Below, piece after piece: positions 54,135 to 63,130 of a stretch of DNA of 64,000 nt; within the stretch, counting starts at the first letter, position 1, and each line of letters starts with the position of its first letter. Source of the DNA: Octopus vulgaris. Taxonomy: Eukaryota. The stretch spans positions 33,356,001 through 33,420,000 of the forward strand of contig OX597831.1 of assembly GCA_951406725.2 (NCBI GenBank), read 5' to 3'. Below the pieces are notes generated by a model. The model searched no databases. It saw nothing but the letters and a program-made list of their open reading frames with translations, and was not told where the DNA came from. The translations under genes were made by a program, and so were the position numbers.

Positions 54135-55937
54135 ATAAATCCTTAAAAATGTTTTAGCCCGAAGGCCGCGGCCATGCTGGGGCACCACATATATATATAT
54201 ACTCTTTTACTTGTTTCAGTCATTTGACTGTGGCCATCCTGGAGCACCGCCTTTTTTCGACCAAATCGGCCCCTAGGACATATTCTTTGTAAGCCTAGTA
54301 CTTACTCTATCGTTCTCTTTTGCCGAACTGCTAAGTTACGGGGACATAAACACACCAGCATCGGTTGTCAAGTGATGTGGGGGGGGGGCAAACACAGGCA
54401 CACAAACACACACACACACATATACATGTATACGACGGGCTTCTTTCTGTTTCCATCTACCAAATCCACTCACAAGGCTTTGGTCGGCCCAAGGCTATAG
54501 TAGAAGACACTTACTCAAGGTGCCACACAGTGGGACTGAACCCGGGACCATGTGGTTCGTTAGCAAGCTACTTACCACACAGCCAGTCCTACACCTATAT
54601 ATATATATAAATAATATATGGCTGTGTATATGTCTCACTCTGTGTGAATATGTGTCTTAAAGAAGTATGTTGTTGATGGTGACTTTGAAAACTCCAGTCA
54701 GAAAGGGGCTGCCCCTTTTGCTGTAATGATGATGGTGTTGGTGATAATGGTGATTGTTATAATTTTGACATTTCTTTATATCAAAATGTCTTGTATATAA
54801 TTTGTTATATTAGCCATGTCCTTCTATTTGGTCCTCTGCAGCTGATGAATTCTTCAAGGCTATCGTACTGTTGATCCCAGAAATTCCTCGGAGTTTAAAG
54901 ATCGACAATGTGGTCCGGCAGACTGAACCATTATTGGTTGAATTCCTGAGTAACTTCATCTCGACTCTTCTCGTGGTACCAGTGAGTATTGTTGCCAGAA
55001 AAAAAAAAAAGCTGTTCTCTTTTCCTCTTATTGCCTTCCATACTTTATCTTTTACTTGTATCAGTCATTGGACTGTGGCCAAGTTGGGGCATCGTCGATG
55101 GGTTTAGTTGCGCAAATCAACCCTAGTACTTATTTTTAAGTCTAGTGCTTATTTTATTGGCCTCTTTTGCCAAATGGCCTAGTTATGGGGACATAACCAA
55201 ACTAACACTGGTTGTCATGCAGTGGTGCAGGACAATACATGTGTGTTTGTGTGTGTGTTGAGCTTTCACACAGTTTCCGTGTATCAAATTTACTAACGAG
55301 GTATTGGTTAGCTTGGGGCTATAATAGAAAATACTTGCTTAAGGTGTCATGCAATGGGACTGAACCCAAAACCACATGATTGCAAAGTGAGTTTCTTAGC
55401 CACACAGCTAATCCAGCACCGATATATCAAGGGAAAAAAAAACCCAGTGAGCTTTGATATATTAAGTTCGGTTATCGGAGAAAGAGGAAGTAAGTCTGGA
55501 CAAATAGTGAAAGTATATATATCAGCAGAAACATTCCCCCCCTACCCACCCCACCACTGCTAAAATGAATCTCTTTATATATAAACAGCAAAATGTCTGT
55601 CTCTGTGTGTGTCCTTTATACAAATCCACAATTTTTCAGTTAGAGCGCTCGCACTTTCTATGGTCATTCAAAACCGTCCAAGGGTGGTCGTGCACATCTT
55701 TACATTTCCCCAGTCACCCCGCAAAGCCATTAAAAAATCAATAGAAGTGACTTTTTTGTGAATTTTCTATCCAAAACCTAATCAAAATGCCCGAAACTTG
55801 ATACACCAATTGAATGCCGGCTAGCTGTATGTGATTGGTCGGAGATTTGGACAGTACTCGTGTGTATGTGCGCACACACGCAGCTGTATATGCATGCACC
55901 AGCACTATAACCCAGCAACGCCGGGTCATAGTGCTAG

Positions 55938-55969
<32 letters not shown>

Positions 55970-57347
55970 TATTATATTAAATTAGAGATAAAAACCACTG
56001 TTAGGCAAATATATATACATATATCACACAGCTGCATCCTCGTTACACGCAAAAGTCATTGCCAAGAAGACTTACTGAAATGATTCATGATTGTTTCCAT
56101 GTGATGCCCTTATAAGACTTTTAAGCCCTGCCAAGCTTTTACACATTTTATTACATACTAGACAACAGTGCTGGCTGGCAGGAGAAACAGGTGCCACCAT
56201 ATGCACTCTCTTAACATGTCTTTTTAGACCTCCAACTGAAAGGCACACCCTTCCACATTTTATTCATGTTCTGTTATGAATTTTAATAGCCACATCATTG
56301 TTTATCATAGGGGTCGATTTCTTTGAGAATTTTGATGGCTCACCAGGCCTGCATGACTCAAACACCTCCACCCACAAACTACACACATAAAAAGCAACAC
56401 TCTCTCACTTTTCACAGGTTCCCCTCTTCTATGCCCCCTCCTAATTCTCTCATACTTCACTCTCTCCCTCTCAAACCTTGAGCAACCATCATGCACTATC
56501 TTCCTCTATCCATCATGGTCTTGTACCTCCCTCTCCCAATTACCAGCTGCAATTGAGGCACATTATTGATGAGTTATCACAGATGGCAATGGAAAGACTC
56601 TGATAATTCAACTGATTGATTGACCAATCAATTTGTTTAATAATAATGATAAAATGAAGTAAAATATAGCCAGCATGGTTTTTTTTTTCCATTGGCAAAA
56701 TGACCCATCCAAAGTATAGCAACAATAATTTCTGAATTTAAAAATAATTGGTTACACCACCACCACTACTACTACTGATGATGATGGTGATGATAATAGT
56801 GATAATGAAAATAATTTTCTGTTCTTTCAGGACAATCCTGATGCTGGCGTGATGTATGTCTTAAAGGGATTGCTAAATGTGTTAAAAGGTTACAACACAG
56901 ATGCGAACACAGACGGGAAAATAGTGCTTTACATCCGAGTGTTGTGCATGCTATCAGGTTCCTGTCAGGAAGATTACCTGTATCATGTTAGCAAAGGTAA
57001 GAACGACAAGAGAAGCTAATAAAGCAGTGATTGAGGAAAAGTATGTAACACAATGAAGGACATAAGGAAAAATACTCATATGGCTGTGTGGTTAAGAAGT
57101 TGGCTTCGCAACCACATGGCTCTGTGTTCTATCCCACTTCCCAGTACTTTGAGAAAGTATTTTTTTACCATAGCTTTGTGTTCAATAATAACTTGTGAGC
57201 AAGATTAAATGGACACTGCATAAGCCTGTATGTTTGTGTTTATTTTCATGTCCGAGATGTAGGACAGAGGTGATCATGTCCTGTCACAATTCTCTTTTTT
57301 TCTATAACAATTCCACTTTCTGATATTTAATGTCTCTTTCTTTCAAC

Positions 57348-57392
<45 letters not shown>

Positions 57393-57679
57393 CACCGTGA
57401 CCGACCAGGCTATCAGATGTTGCTACACATCACTGGTCACCATGCGCTTCACATTGTTTTAGTTGTCAAATGATGCCACCCCGCTGGCTAAGTGAGCAGG
57501 CCAACAGAAGAAAGAGTGAGATAAAGTTGTGGTGAAAGTGTACAGCAGGGATTGCCACCACCCCCTGCCGGAGCCTCGTGGAGCTTTAGGTGTTTTCGCT
57601 CAATAAACACTCACAATCCCCAGTCTGGGAATTGAAACCGCGAGTCCGCTGCCCTAACCAGTGGGCCATTACACCTCCA

Positions 57680-57721
<42 letters not shown>

Positions 57722-60700
57722 GAAATTATTGTGTATGGTGCTCAGGTGCACTAAAACTCATCAAAGGTGCATGTACAGTACATAGAATTATGTACAAAAG
57801 TCAGGAAAGTGAACAGTGTATGAGTAATGATATACATGTGTGCATGCGTATGGAGGGTGGTATATCAGGTGTAGTGTAATTTCAGGAAGCGTGGAAGTTT
57901 TAAAGGATGCAATGTCTCTGCAACTAACAACTGATGCAGGTAGTTTGTTCCATGCTTCAGCAACTCTGAGTGTGAAAAATGTTTCTGAAAGTCATGGGAG
58001 CTCTGCTGTTTTCTGACTTTGCAGGCATGCCCACATGTGTTAGACACATGGAGCTCAAAAAGGTGTTCTAGTTGGTTGTTGGTGCGATGGTTAATAATTT
58101 TGTAGGTGTTTACCAAGTCAGTTGCCAGACTTCAAAGCTTCCTGCCACGCCTGTGTCTGTGATGTTTGTTTTCTCAATATGGTGGTACCCTAGCATGGCC
58201 ACACCCTTTGGGCTGGAACATATAAAGAGGTAAAGGAATAATACCACCAAATTTATTTTAGTGAGTTGATGACAGAACATTTTGTGAGTGTTTAACCTGC
58301 TAGAAATAGCAGCCAAATCTCCCTCAAAACACACCATACCATCTTAAGAAGGAATCATTAGCAATATATTTTGATTCCATCTAAAATGATAGGCTAAACT
58401 TACCTGGAATACAGTTTTGATAAGTTTGCTCGGTCAAAGCCAGCCTGGGGCTAAAAAACAAAAAAAGACAATCACTATGTTTTACTTTATTTTATTCACC
58501 TTGTTGTCTTTGGTTTCTGTTTTCAGTTGATTCCAATGATAAACTATATGGTTCAGATCCAATATTCATTGAAGAAGTTAGAACCATATGTGACTCGTTA
58601 ATCACCGAAATTCTTGGACACTTAAAAACACTGGCATCACAAGAGGTAAGCTGGAACATCTTCATGGGTTCAATATTTTGGAAGATTCTAATGTTTTATC
58701 GCTACAGTTCTTATTCTCTCCCCAATTTTTTTTTTTTAGTTTAGTTATTAATCTGGCTTCCAACTTGATAATATTGTCTTCATTAGTTATTTTATCTCAC
58801 CTGAAGTGTTATATTAAATAAAAATTATCATCAGACACGCTTATATTTTTATACTCCTCTCCGCACACACACACACACACACATGTATGTGTTTGGAAAC
58901 ACGGAGTGAAAATTGTGCTTCAGTATAAAGGTTATTCATTTATTTAAAGCTGAGATTTCACCCTGTCACTCCAAAACCTCACTGAAGAGTTTTGAGATCA
59001 ATTCCAACACTTGCAAAATGCAAGCACAAGATGTTGTTTGGAACATAAATTAACATGGAGAGCATTTTCCTGTCTACCTTGCGTGTATTATAAAACAGTG
59101 TCTTGGGGAGTTGAGTGTCAGGCATTCACACAAGGTAGCTCTGATCTAGCAGACCTGTGACTCAAAGACCATCTTCAAACAGACCATTGACCAGAATGTG
59201 TCCTTGGATGCAACAGTCAAGCAACTGGCACCCATGTTGGTAGCATGTAAAAGCACTCCATTACACTCTCAAAGTGGTTGGCATTAGGAAGAGCATCCAG
59301 CCATAGAAAACCATGTCGAATCAAACTTATGTCTGGTGTAGCTTACCATCCCTGGTCAAACTGTCCAACCCATGCCAGCATGGACAATTGGATGTTAAAT
59401 GATGATGATGGTATATATGCGAATCTTATTGAGCCCTGAATAATTGAGGAAGAGGTTGATTTTCCAATGCCAATGTATAGAAGTATCGCTGTGCCATGGG
59501 TGCACATAATAGTATATACACACATTAATATTCTTTAATTTTTTTAATACCAACCCACCTGAGATTGGCCCAATTTCTATGATAAAAATTCCGTTCTAAA
59601 GTATCATTCAGATTACTCTGTCAAATATGTTTCTGTTCTACCCCTTAATGGATCAATTATTTTGACATGGTGTTTCATTTCAGAGCATATTTTTTTTATT
59701 TCCTTTTTTAATTATATACACTGTGTTAATTACAAAAAGAGTTTTTTATCTTGTTTCTTCTATTTTTTATTATAGAAATTAAAATGTACTTTTTACTCAT
59801 TTGGATTTAAACGAGTTAGCTCAGACATTGAAAAAAAAACATATAACTTAACTATCTTTGATTTCTTTTATAAGATGTATTGCTTTTAAATCAAAGGAAA
59901 CTTTTTAAAAAATGAGATAGTTTATTTAGAATGATAATTTTTAAAACAAGGGGTTACACACAGTTATCTTGCAGACATCATACATGTATCTTCTTTCTCT
60001 TCAAATCTTCTTTCCTTTAGCGTCTCTCTTCTCTGCGCATTTTACACACTGTCTTGTAGGGTTCTTTTTCTTATCACTTGGTGGTATTTCCATGGTAAAG
60101 TGACCAGCTGGGGCAAATCTTGTTGGATGTGGGATCGATGATGGTCTTCCTGGTTGCGTGGGAGGCAATAAGGGCCTATATTTTTCAATGAGCTTGATGA
60201 TTATTTGCATTCTAAATTGCATTTTCATAACAGAAGCTGAAGTTTCCAAAGATGCTTTATACGAAACATAAGATAGCCAAATCCATCAAATGAAAAAATA
60301 CTTTTTTTTTTTTTAAACAACGCAAGAAAATTCATGATTGCTCAAAAATGAAATGACACAAAACAAATAAACTCGTTTGAGTGCTAAGATTAAAAGTTAA
60401 TTTTGACCGAGTATACTCGTGTGGTTCTAAAAAGATACATTTGCGATGCATGAGTAAACTCGGGATAATCCATTAAGGGGTTAAAATGCCAAATACTGTG
60501 ATTTTCGCCTTGAGAGGACATCATTTAATCCCTTGATTCTTTGATTAATTGTGATTTCTTTTTTTCTCGTCCAGGCATTTAAAAGACAAAGCTATCTTGC
60601 TCTGGAGCTCTTCAACACTATTGTTACCCATGGACAACTGACAGAAGCCAATATGCTTACTTTAGCTGTTAATCTCTGGGGATTATCACAGAAGCATGGT

Positions 60701-61541
60701 TGCATGGATAAGAAACAAATTGTAAGTGAGAGGGATCATCTCCATTTTTTTTCTTTTAATAAATAAGTAAATGAATATCTATTATATAAAAGCCGTTCTG
60801 TCCGTCTGTGTGTGCCTTCTAGGATCGCGGGCATCCTCCATCCAACTGCGCTCAAATTTGATATGTAGATACCGACGGTATCAGGGCATGTATAAGTTTT
60901 GAAAAAATTACAAAAATCGATTCCAGGTGAGAATGTGATCGATAAAGCCATGGGAACATGCAAGTACATCAGCTGTTGCGATCGATACTACGCGTGCGAA
61001 AGAAAAATGCACGTGCAGTTTGCACAAAAAAAGCCCGGCTGGCTTGAAATAATGCCTCAAAATGGGACGGTCAGATAAGTTGTTTTGAGAAAATTTGGTT
61101 TAAATGTTTGACAACTCAGCACCGTCTATTGGACAGGGAGGCGTTTTGCTTGTATATATATATATATATAAAAGTAAAATAAGGATTCAGATAGGATCAG
61201 GTGTTTGAGAGAGTGATACAGGAAGAGTATCTGGCTACAGAAAATCTGCTTCAACAGATTCCATTTGAGTCATGTAAGCATGAATAAGCAGACATTAAAA
61301 CAATGATGTTGACGATGATACACATTTGACTTAATTAATTGCCCAAACAACTTTTGTAACATCCACCAATATAATTAGTCAATTGAATTTTTGCATTTTA
61401 TTCTATTTTCCTTTTTTTTTTTACTCCCTTTTCTCTTTTCAGACTCAAGCCCAGCATTATGTACAATTAAAAGCCAAAAACATGGCCAATAAGGGTTTCA
61501 CCAGTTTAGCTAGTAAAATGTCATCGGAGTTCCAATCGTGA
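11476..61541 (+). CDS. VPS35L: VPS35 endosomal protein-sorting factor-like (C16orf62/UPF0505), Retriever complex subunit; 26 coding exons, 975 aa
   Basis: Hand-spliced join(11476-11492,13826-13916,16855-17055,19558-19705,23177-23250,25861-25989,27714-27798,29243-29317,30482-30626,31992-32085,34174-34251,36543-36712,39434-39545,41047-41163,43312-43365,44969-45112,46001-46086,48325-48405,49060-49222,52670-52747,53707-53821,54842-54981,56831-56996,58527-58645,60575-60721,61443-61541). All introns GT-AG, phases consistent, 2928 nt with no internal stop. Peptides such as [60 protein letters not shown] and VDSNDKLYG match human VPS35L as I recall it, colinear end to end. Confidence 0.97.
12187..12586. 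mobile_element. MITE with ~27-bp TIRs in intron 1
   Basis: ATCTTTTCGGTTTGAACGGCAGTTTT ... AAAACTGCCGTTCAAACCGAAAAGATCC; flanked by a direct ~190-bp duplication. Confidence 0.85.
13826..13916 (+). CDS. VPS35L: VPS35L exon 2
   Basis: ttcc[39 protein letters not shown]; HPLK.IT motif. Confidence 0.9.
14196..14367. repeat. Inverted repeat (~55-bp arms) flanked by TA runs
   Basis: ATATTAAAAATGGGGAAGGCTGGTCTATGGGATTA ... TAATCCCATAAACCAGCCTTCCCCATTTTTAATAT. Confidence 0.75.
14990..15800 (+). mobile_element. Highly degenerate mariner transposase remnant
   Basis: [12 protein letters not shown]...[16 protein letters not shown] (HTH and GRP-like region) and [22 protein letters not shown]...[17 protein letters not shown] (TGDETW and KVMATVFW-like). 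Confidence 0.6.
16222..16555 (+). mobile_element. ~330-bp SINE-like element with (GAT)n tail; second copy at 39765-40085
   Basis: Two colinear copies sharing both ends; GATGATGAT tail like the other RTE-type tails in the window. Confidence 0.65.
16855..17055 (+). CDS. VPS35L: VPS35L exon 3
   Basis: gc[11 protein letters not shown]...[19 protein letters not shown]...PSSLK /GTAAC. Confidence 0.93.
17096..18618 (-). mobile_element. Internally deleted Helitron with RepHel N-terminal remnant
   Basis: Minus strand 5' TCTATATG, 3' GAGCAACGCCGGG hairpin plus TTAG|T; translation at ~17430-17770 gives [23 protein letters not shown]...FLNNIR...[19 protein letters not shown]. Confidence 0.85.
18205..18470 (+). 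mobile_element. RTE-clade LINE 3' fragment nested in the Helitron
   Basis: W.RARRG...[18 protein letters not shown]...WNKEW C-terminal motif followed by an A-tail. Confidence 0.6.
19558..19705 (+). CDS. VPS35L: VPS35L exon 4
   Basis: ttcAG/ ERSI...[24 protein letters not shown]...DKEK /GTAAG. Confidence 0.95.
19909..20590 (+). mobile_element. Tc1/mariner-superfamily element remnant
   Basis: TA|CAGGGTGGC ... GCCACCCTG termini; frameshifted [49 protein letters not shown]. Confidence 0.85.
23177..23250 (+). CDS. VPS35L: VPS35L exon 5
   Basis: gc[33 protein letters not shown]. Confidence 0.93.
23535..24365. repeat. Minisatellite CATGAATGTATATGAGGA(TG)n, ~28-30-bp unit, about 26 copies
   Basis: Directly visible; expanded within the (TG)n tract of a SINE; source of the His/Thr-rich spurious ORFs. 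Confidence 0.95.
25861..25989 (+). CDS. VPS35L: VPS35L exon 6
   Basis: gc[51 protein letters not shown]. Confidence 0.96.
27241..27486 (+). mobile_element. tRNA-headed SINE with hammerhead ribozyme module
   Basis: A box TGGCATAGTGG 27249-27259, B box GAGTTCGATTCC 27289-27300, (AAT)n linker, GACAC-CTGATGA-A-AGCTG..CAGCC-GAAA-CATT-GTGTT at 27392-27437. Confidence 0.8.
27714..27798 (+). CDS. VPS35L: VPS35L exon 7
   Basis: gt[36 protein letters not shown]. Confidence 0.97.
27838..28086. mobile_element. Possible hAT-type MITE
   Basis: Degenerate termini C.ATGGTCCTCAAC / GGTGAAAACCACTG and subterminal GGACCCC motifs. Confidence 0.4.
28183..28920 (+). mobile_element. RTE-type LINE reverse transcriptase C-terminal remnant with embedded PHD-like finger
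   Basis: [75 protein letters not shown]; stops and frameshifts. Confidence 0.88.
29243..29317 (+). CDS. VPS35L: VPS35L exon 8
   Basis: tt[33 protein letters not shown]. Confidence 0.9.
29566..29645 (-). pseudogene. 5'-truncated intron-containing elongator tRNA-Met(CAT) pseudogene in VPS35L intron 8
   Basis: Minus strand TAGGCAGCGCGTGAGTCTCATA-[22-nt intron 29602-29623]-ATCTGAAGGTCGTGAGTTCGATCCTCACCTGGGGCA followed by T4/T5 runs; the first ~15 nt (5' acceptor strand, A box) are absent; C28>G in the anticodon stem. Confidence 0.85.
30482..30626 (+). CDS. VPS35L: VPS35L exon 9
   Basis: at[56 protein letters not shown]. Confidence 0.95.
31433..31775. repeat. Polypyrimidine minisatellite CCCTTGTC(T/A)CTCTC..., ~20-23-bp unit
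   Basis: Directly visible; nearly pure C/T on the + strand. Confidence 0.93.
31992..32085 (+). CDS. VPS35L: VPS35L exon 10
   Basis: at[39 protein letters not shown]. Confidence 0.96.
32282..32525 (+). repeat. Local tandem duplication of ~130 bp
   Basis: TTCTAGATCCAAGGATAGCCATGGTTCATGCTA...TGAGTCCTGAGG.TTCAGGTTGAC occurs twice (~32283 and ~32413). Confidence 0.85.
34174..34251 (+). CDS. VPS35L: VPS35L exon 11
   Basis: cc[34 protein letters not shown]. Confidence 0.92.
34845..35320. mobile_element. Head-to-head inverted pair of hammerhead-bearing tRNA-SINEs in intron 11
   Basis: Minus copy 34845-35062 abuts plus copy 35063-35320; best-preserved ribozyme core at 34898-34943 (-). Confidence 0.85.
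34898..34943 (-). ncRNA. Minimal type I hammerhead ribozyme motif (Penelope-like element type)
   Basis: GACAC-CTGATGA-A-GGCTG-loop-CAGCT-GAAA-CGTT-GTGTT: stem I GACAC/GTGTT, stem II GGCTG/CAGCT, palindromic ACGT replacing stem III, GUU cleavage triplet. Confidence 0.7.
36543..36712 (+). CDS. VPS35L: VPS35L exon 12
   Basis: tt[64 protein letters not shown]; not in the ORF track because it has no start codon. Confidence 0.94.
37741..38073 (-). mobile_element. Non-autonomous Helitron (same family as 55570-55937), 3' end eroded
   Basis: Reverse-complement match to 55570-55900. Confidence 0.75.
39434..39545 (+). CDS. VPS35L: VPS35L exon 13
   Basis: gc[45 protein letters not shown]. Confidence 0.96.
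41047..41163 (+). CDS. VPS35L: VPS35L exon 14
   Basis: tc[47 protein letters not shown]. Confidence 0.96.
41490..42070 (+). mobile_element. Cluster of three Meta-domain-like SINE units
   Basis: Three tandem CCTTTCATCCTTT.GGGGT.GAT..AAGTACCAG cores. Confidence 0.7.
43312..43365 (+). CDS. VPS35L: VPS35L exon 15
   Basis: tt[26 protein letters not shown]. Confidence 0.94.
43376..43677 (+). mobile_element. Non-autonomous Helitron
   Basis: A|TCTTTATATATAAAA ... CCCGAGCAACGCCGGG hairpin ... CTAG|T; inserted in an AT dinucleotide with no TSD. Confidence 0.9.
44969..45112 (+). CDS. VPS35L: VPS35L exon 16
   Basis: tc[56 protein letters not shown]. Confidence 0.96.
46001..46086 (+). CDS. VPS35L: VPS35L exon 17
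   Basis: cc[36 protein letters not shown]. Confidence 0.96.
48325..48405 (+). CDS. VPS35L: VPS35L exon 18
   Basis: gc[34 protein letters not shown]. Confidence 0.95.
49060..49222 (+). CDS. VPS35L: VPS35L exon 19
   Basis: tc[62 protein letters not shown]. Confidence 0.97.
50420..50932 (+). mobile_element. RTE-tail SINE with internal ~54-bp tandem unit amplified about 5 times
   Basis: Unit CACCATCCGAGCGTGGCCGTTCGCCAGCCTCGTCTGGCACCTGTGTCGGTGGCACATAAAA, then GGAAGGGCATCCAGCT..AACCCATGCTAGCAT..ACGTTAAACGATGATGATG; family also at ~2765-3045, 26600-26840, 44725-44905 and 46275-46545. Confidence 0.8.
51195..51360 (+). mobile_element. mariner 3' end remnant
   Basis: [22 protein letters not shown] resembles the mariner C-terminus GI..L..RWQ.V....G.Y. 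Confidence 0.5.
51531..51751. mobile_element. piggyBac-type MITE
   Basis: TTAA|CCCTTTAGCATTC ... GACACTAAAGGG|TTAA; relatives at ~275-484, 47967-48186 and an interrupted copy at 39684-40560. Confidence 0.75.
52670..52747 (+). CDS. VPS35L: VPS35L exon 20
   Basis: gc[34 protein letters not shown]. Confidence 0.96.
53707..53821 (+). CDS. VPS35L: VPS35L exon 21
   Basis: cc[46 protein letters not shown]. Confidence 0.96.
54842..54981 (+). CDS. VPS35L: VPS35L exon 22
   Basis: gc[55 protein letters not shown]. Confidence 0.96.
55570..55937 (+). mobile_element. Non-autonomous Helitron
   Basis: A|TCTCTTTATATATAAA ... CCCAGCAACGCCGGG hairpin ... CTAG|T. Confidence 0.88.
56831..56996 (+). CDS. VPS35L: VPS35L exon 23
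   Basis: tc[63 protein letters not shown]. Confidence 0.95.
57720..58115 (-). mobile_element. CR1/L2-group LINE 3' remnant
   Basis: TYKIIN...[23 protein letters not shown] (TRGH..KL motif) plus 3' UTR; shorter copy at ~53030-53130. Confidence 0.7.
58527..58645 (+). CDS. VPS35L: VPS35L exon 24
   Basis: tc[48 protein letters not shown]. Confidence 0.96.
59641..60480 (-). mobile_element. Internally deleted piggyBac transposon
   Basis: TIRs CCCCTTAATGGAT / ATCCATTAAGGGG|TTAA; minus strand [23 protein letters not shown]...Y..DVCK...C..PCF is the piggyBac C-terminal cysteine-rich domain. Confidence 0.85.
60575..60721 (+). CDS. VPS35L: VPS35L exon 25
   Basis: cc[57 protein letters not shown]. 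Confidence 0.95.
60778..61152 (+). mobile_element. Non-autonomous Helitron-like element
   Basis: A|TCTATTATATAAAAG 5' end, 3' ...GGCGTTTTGCTTG|T; homologous to 1067-1442. Confidence 0.7.
61443..61541 (+). CDS. VPS35L: VPS35L exon 26 (last coding exon)
   Basis: Long polypyrimidine tract then c[37 protein letters not shown]; length matches the expected C-terminus. Confidence 0.85.
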   Translation, partial: TQAQHYVQLKAKNMANKGFTSLASKMSSEFQS

Positions 61542-61615
61542 TACTAATTTGAAGCTGAAGCACCTGCTTAGATCTCTCACTGAATCTGATGCTGGGAGTA
61601 TGTAGAATCGTCAAA

Positions 61616-61791
61616 AATAAAATCAAAAGTTCATTTGTTATCTACTTAACGATTTTTGATAACGCCTTACAACTATAATTAAATAAACCCTGTCTCACTT
61701 TGCATTCATTATTATTCCTGGATTGGAAAGACATGTCTAGTGAAGGTGGTTAGTTTTCGGTTTGGTAGAGAAATAGATTATTAAAAATAAA
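61616..61791 (+). terminator. Candidate polyadenylation signals of VPS35L
   Basis: AATAAA at 61616-61621, 61682-61687 and 61786-61791 downstream of the stop; which one is used cannot be told from sequence. Confidence 0.5.
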
Positions 61792-61984
61792 CTGTTTTCT
61801 CTTTTCCATCTATTGCTAACTAACACTGAAATAAGTGGATTTACACATTATTATAATTATTATTATTATTATTTTTATCTTTTTCTTTTTCCCCTAAAAA
61901 TTTCTTTCCAATCTATTGAAATTTCTAGTCCTGGTTTGACAAATTATTTTTAAGGAAAGCAGACATTAAATGATGATGATGATT

Positions 61985-63130
61985 AAGGTGGTAGGATGGC
62001 AGAAGTGTTAACACACTGAACAAAATGCTTAGCAGCATTTTTTTTCAGCTTTACGTTCTGTGTTCAAATTCTGCCACGGTCAACTTTACCTTTCATCCTT
62101 TTGGAGTCAATAAAATAAGTACCAGTTGCGTACTGGGGAAATCAACTTACCTGTTCCCCTGAAATTGCTGACCTTGTGCCAAACTGAAACTATTATTATA
62201 AGGTGACAAGCTGGCAGAGACATTAGCACGCCAGGTGAAATGCTTAGCGCTATTTCGTCTGTTGCTATGTTCCGTGTTCAAATTCCACTGAGGTCGACTT
62301 TGCCTTTCATCCTTTTGGGGTCGATAAATTAAATACCAGTTGTGTACTGGGGTTGATCTAATCGACTGGCCCCTCCTCCCAAAAATTTCAGGCCTTGTGC
62401 CTAGAGTAGAAAAGATTATTATTATTATGGTGGCGAGTTGACAGAATCATTAACATGCCAAACAAAACAGTGACATTTCTTCTGGCTCTTTACATTCTAA
62501 GTTCAAATTATGCCAAAATTACCTTTGCCTTTCATGCTTTCAGGGGGTCAATAAAATAAAGTACCAGCCAAATACTGGGGTCATTGTAATCAACATTCCC
62601 CCCTCCCCTAAAACTGCTGGCTTTGTACCTAAATTTGAAACATTATTAGCATACTTGAGTTAAAATCTTGTCATGGTCACTTTTACTTTTTTGTCCTTCC
62701 AGGATCATTAAAACAAGGTACCAGTCAAGTAAATGGGGTCAACGTAATGAGCTCCTTCGCTCCTCTTAAAACTGCTGACCTTACACCTAAACCAGAAGCA
62801 ATTATCATCTTTGTCTTTCATCTTTTTGGGGCCTCTAAAATAAGGAACCAATCCAAGTATTAGGAGACCCCTCTCCTCAAAACTGACTTAACTAAATTAA
62901 GAATTATTATTATTATCAAGAGCAGTGGCCTGACAGAATCATTGAGCATCAGACAATATGCTATGTAATATTTGTTTCAGCTCTTTATGTTCTGGGTTCA
63001 AACCCCACTGTGGTCAACTTTGCCTTTCATTCTTTTTTGTGTTGACAAAAATTACCAGTGATGTACTGGGGTCCAATTAATCAACTTCTCCACCCAGATT
63101 TCCGGTCTTGTGCTTGTCTTAGAAACAGTC
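61985..63130 (+). mobile_element. Same-orientation stack of about seven Meta-domain-like SINE units downstream of VPS35L
   Basis: Repeated CTTT(G/A)CCTTTCATC.TTT.GGG.TC..TAAA..AAGTACCAG cores at differing divergence. Confidence 0.65.

Noticed and set aside
11493-61442. Minor (U12) or non-canonical introns in VPS35L
   Set aside because: All 25 introns are GT-AG and none has the RTATCCTT donor; a few donors (GTTTGT, GTTGGT, GTACAT) are merely weak.
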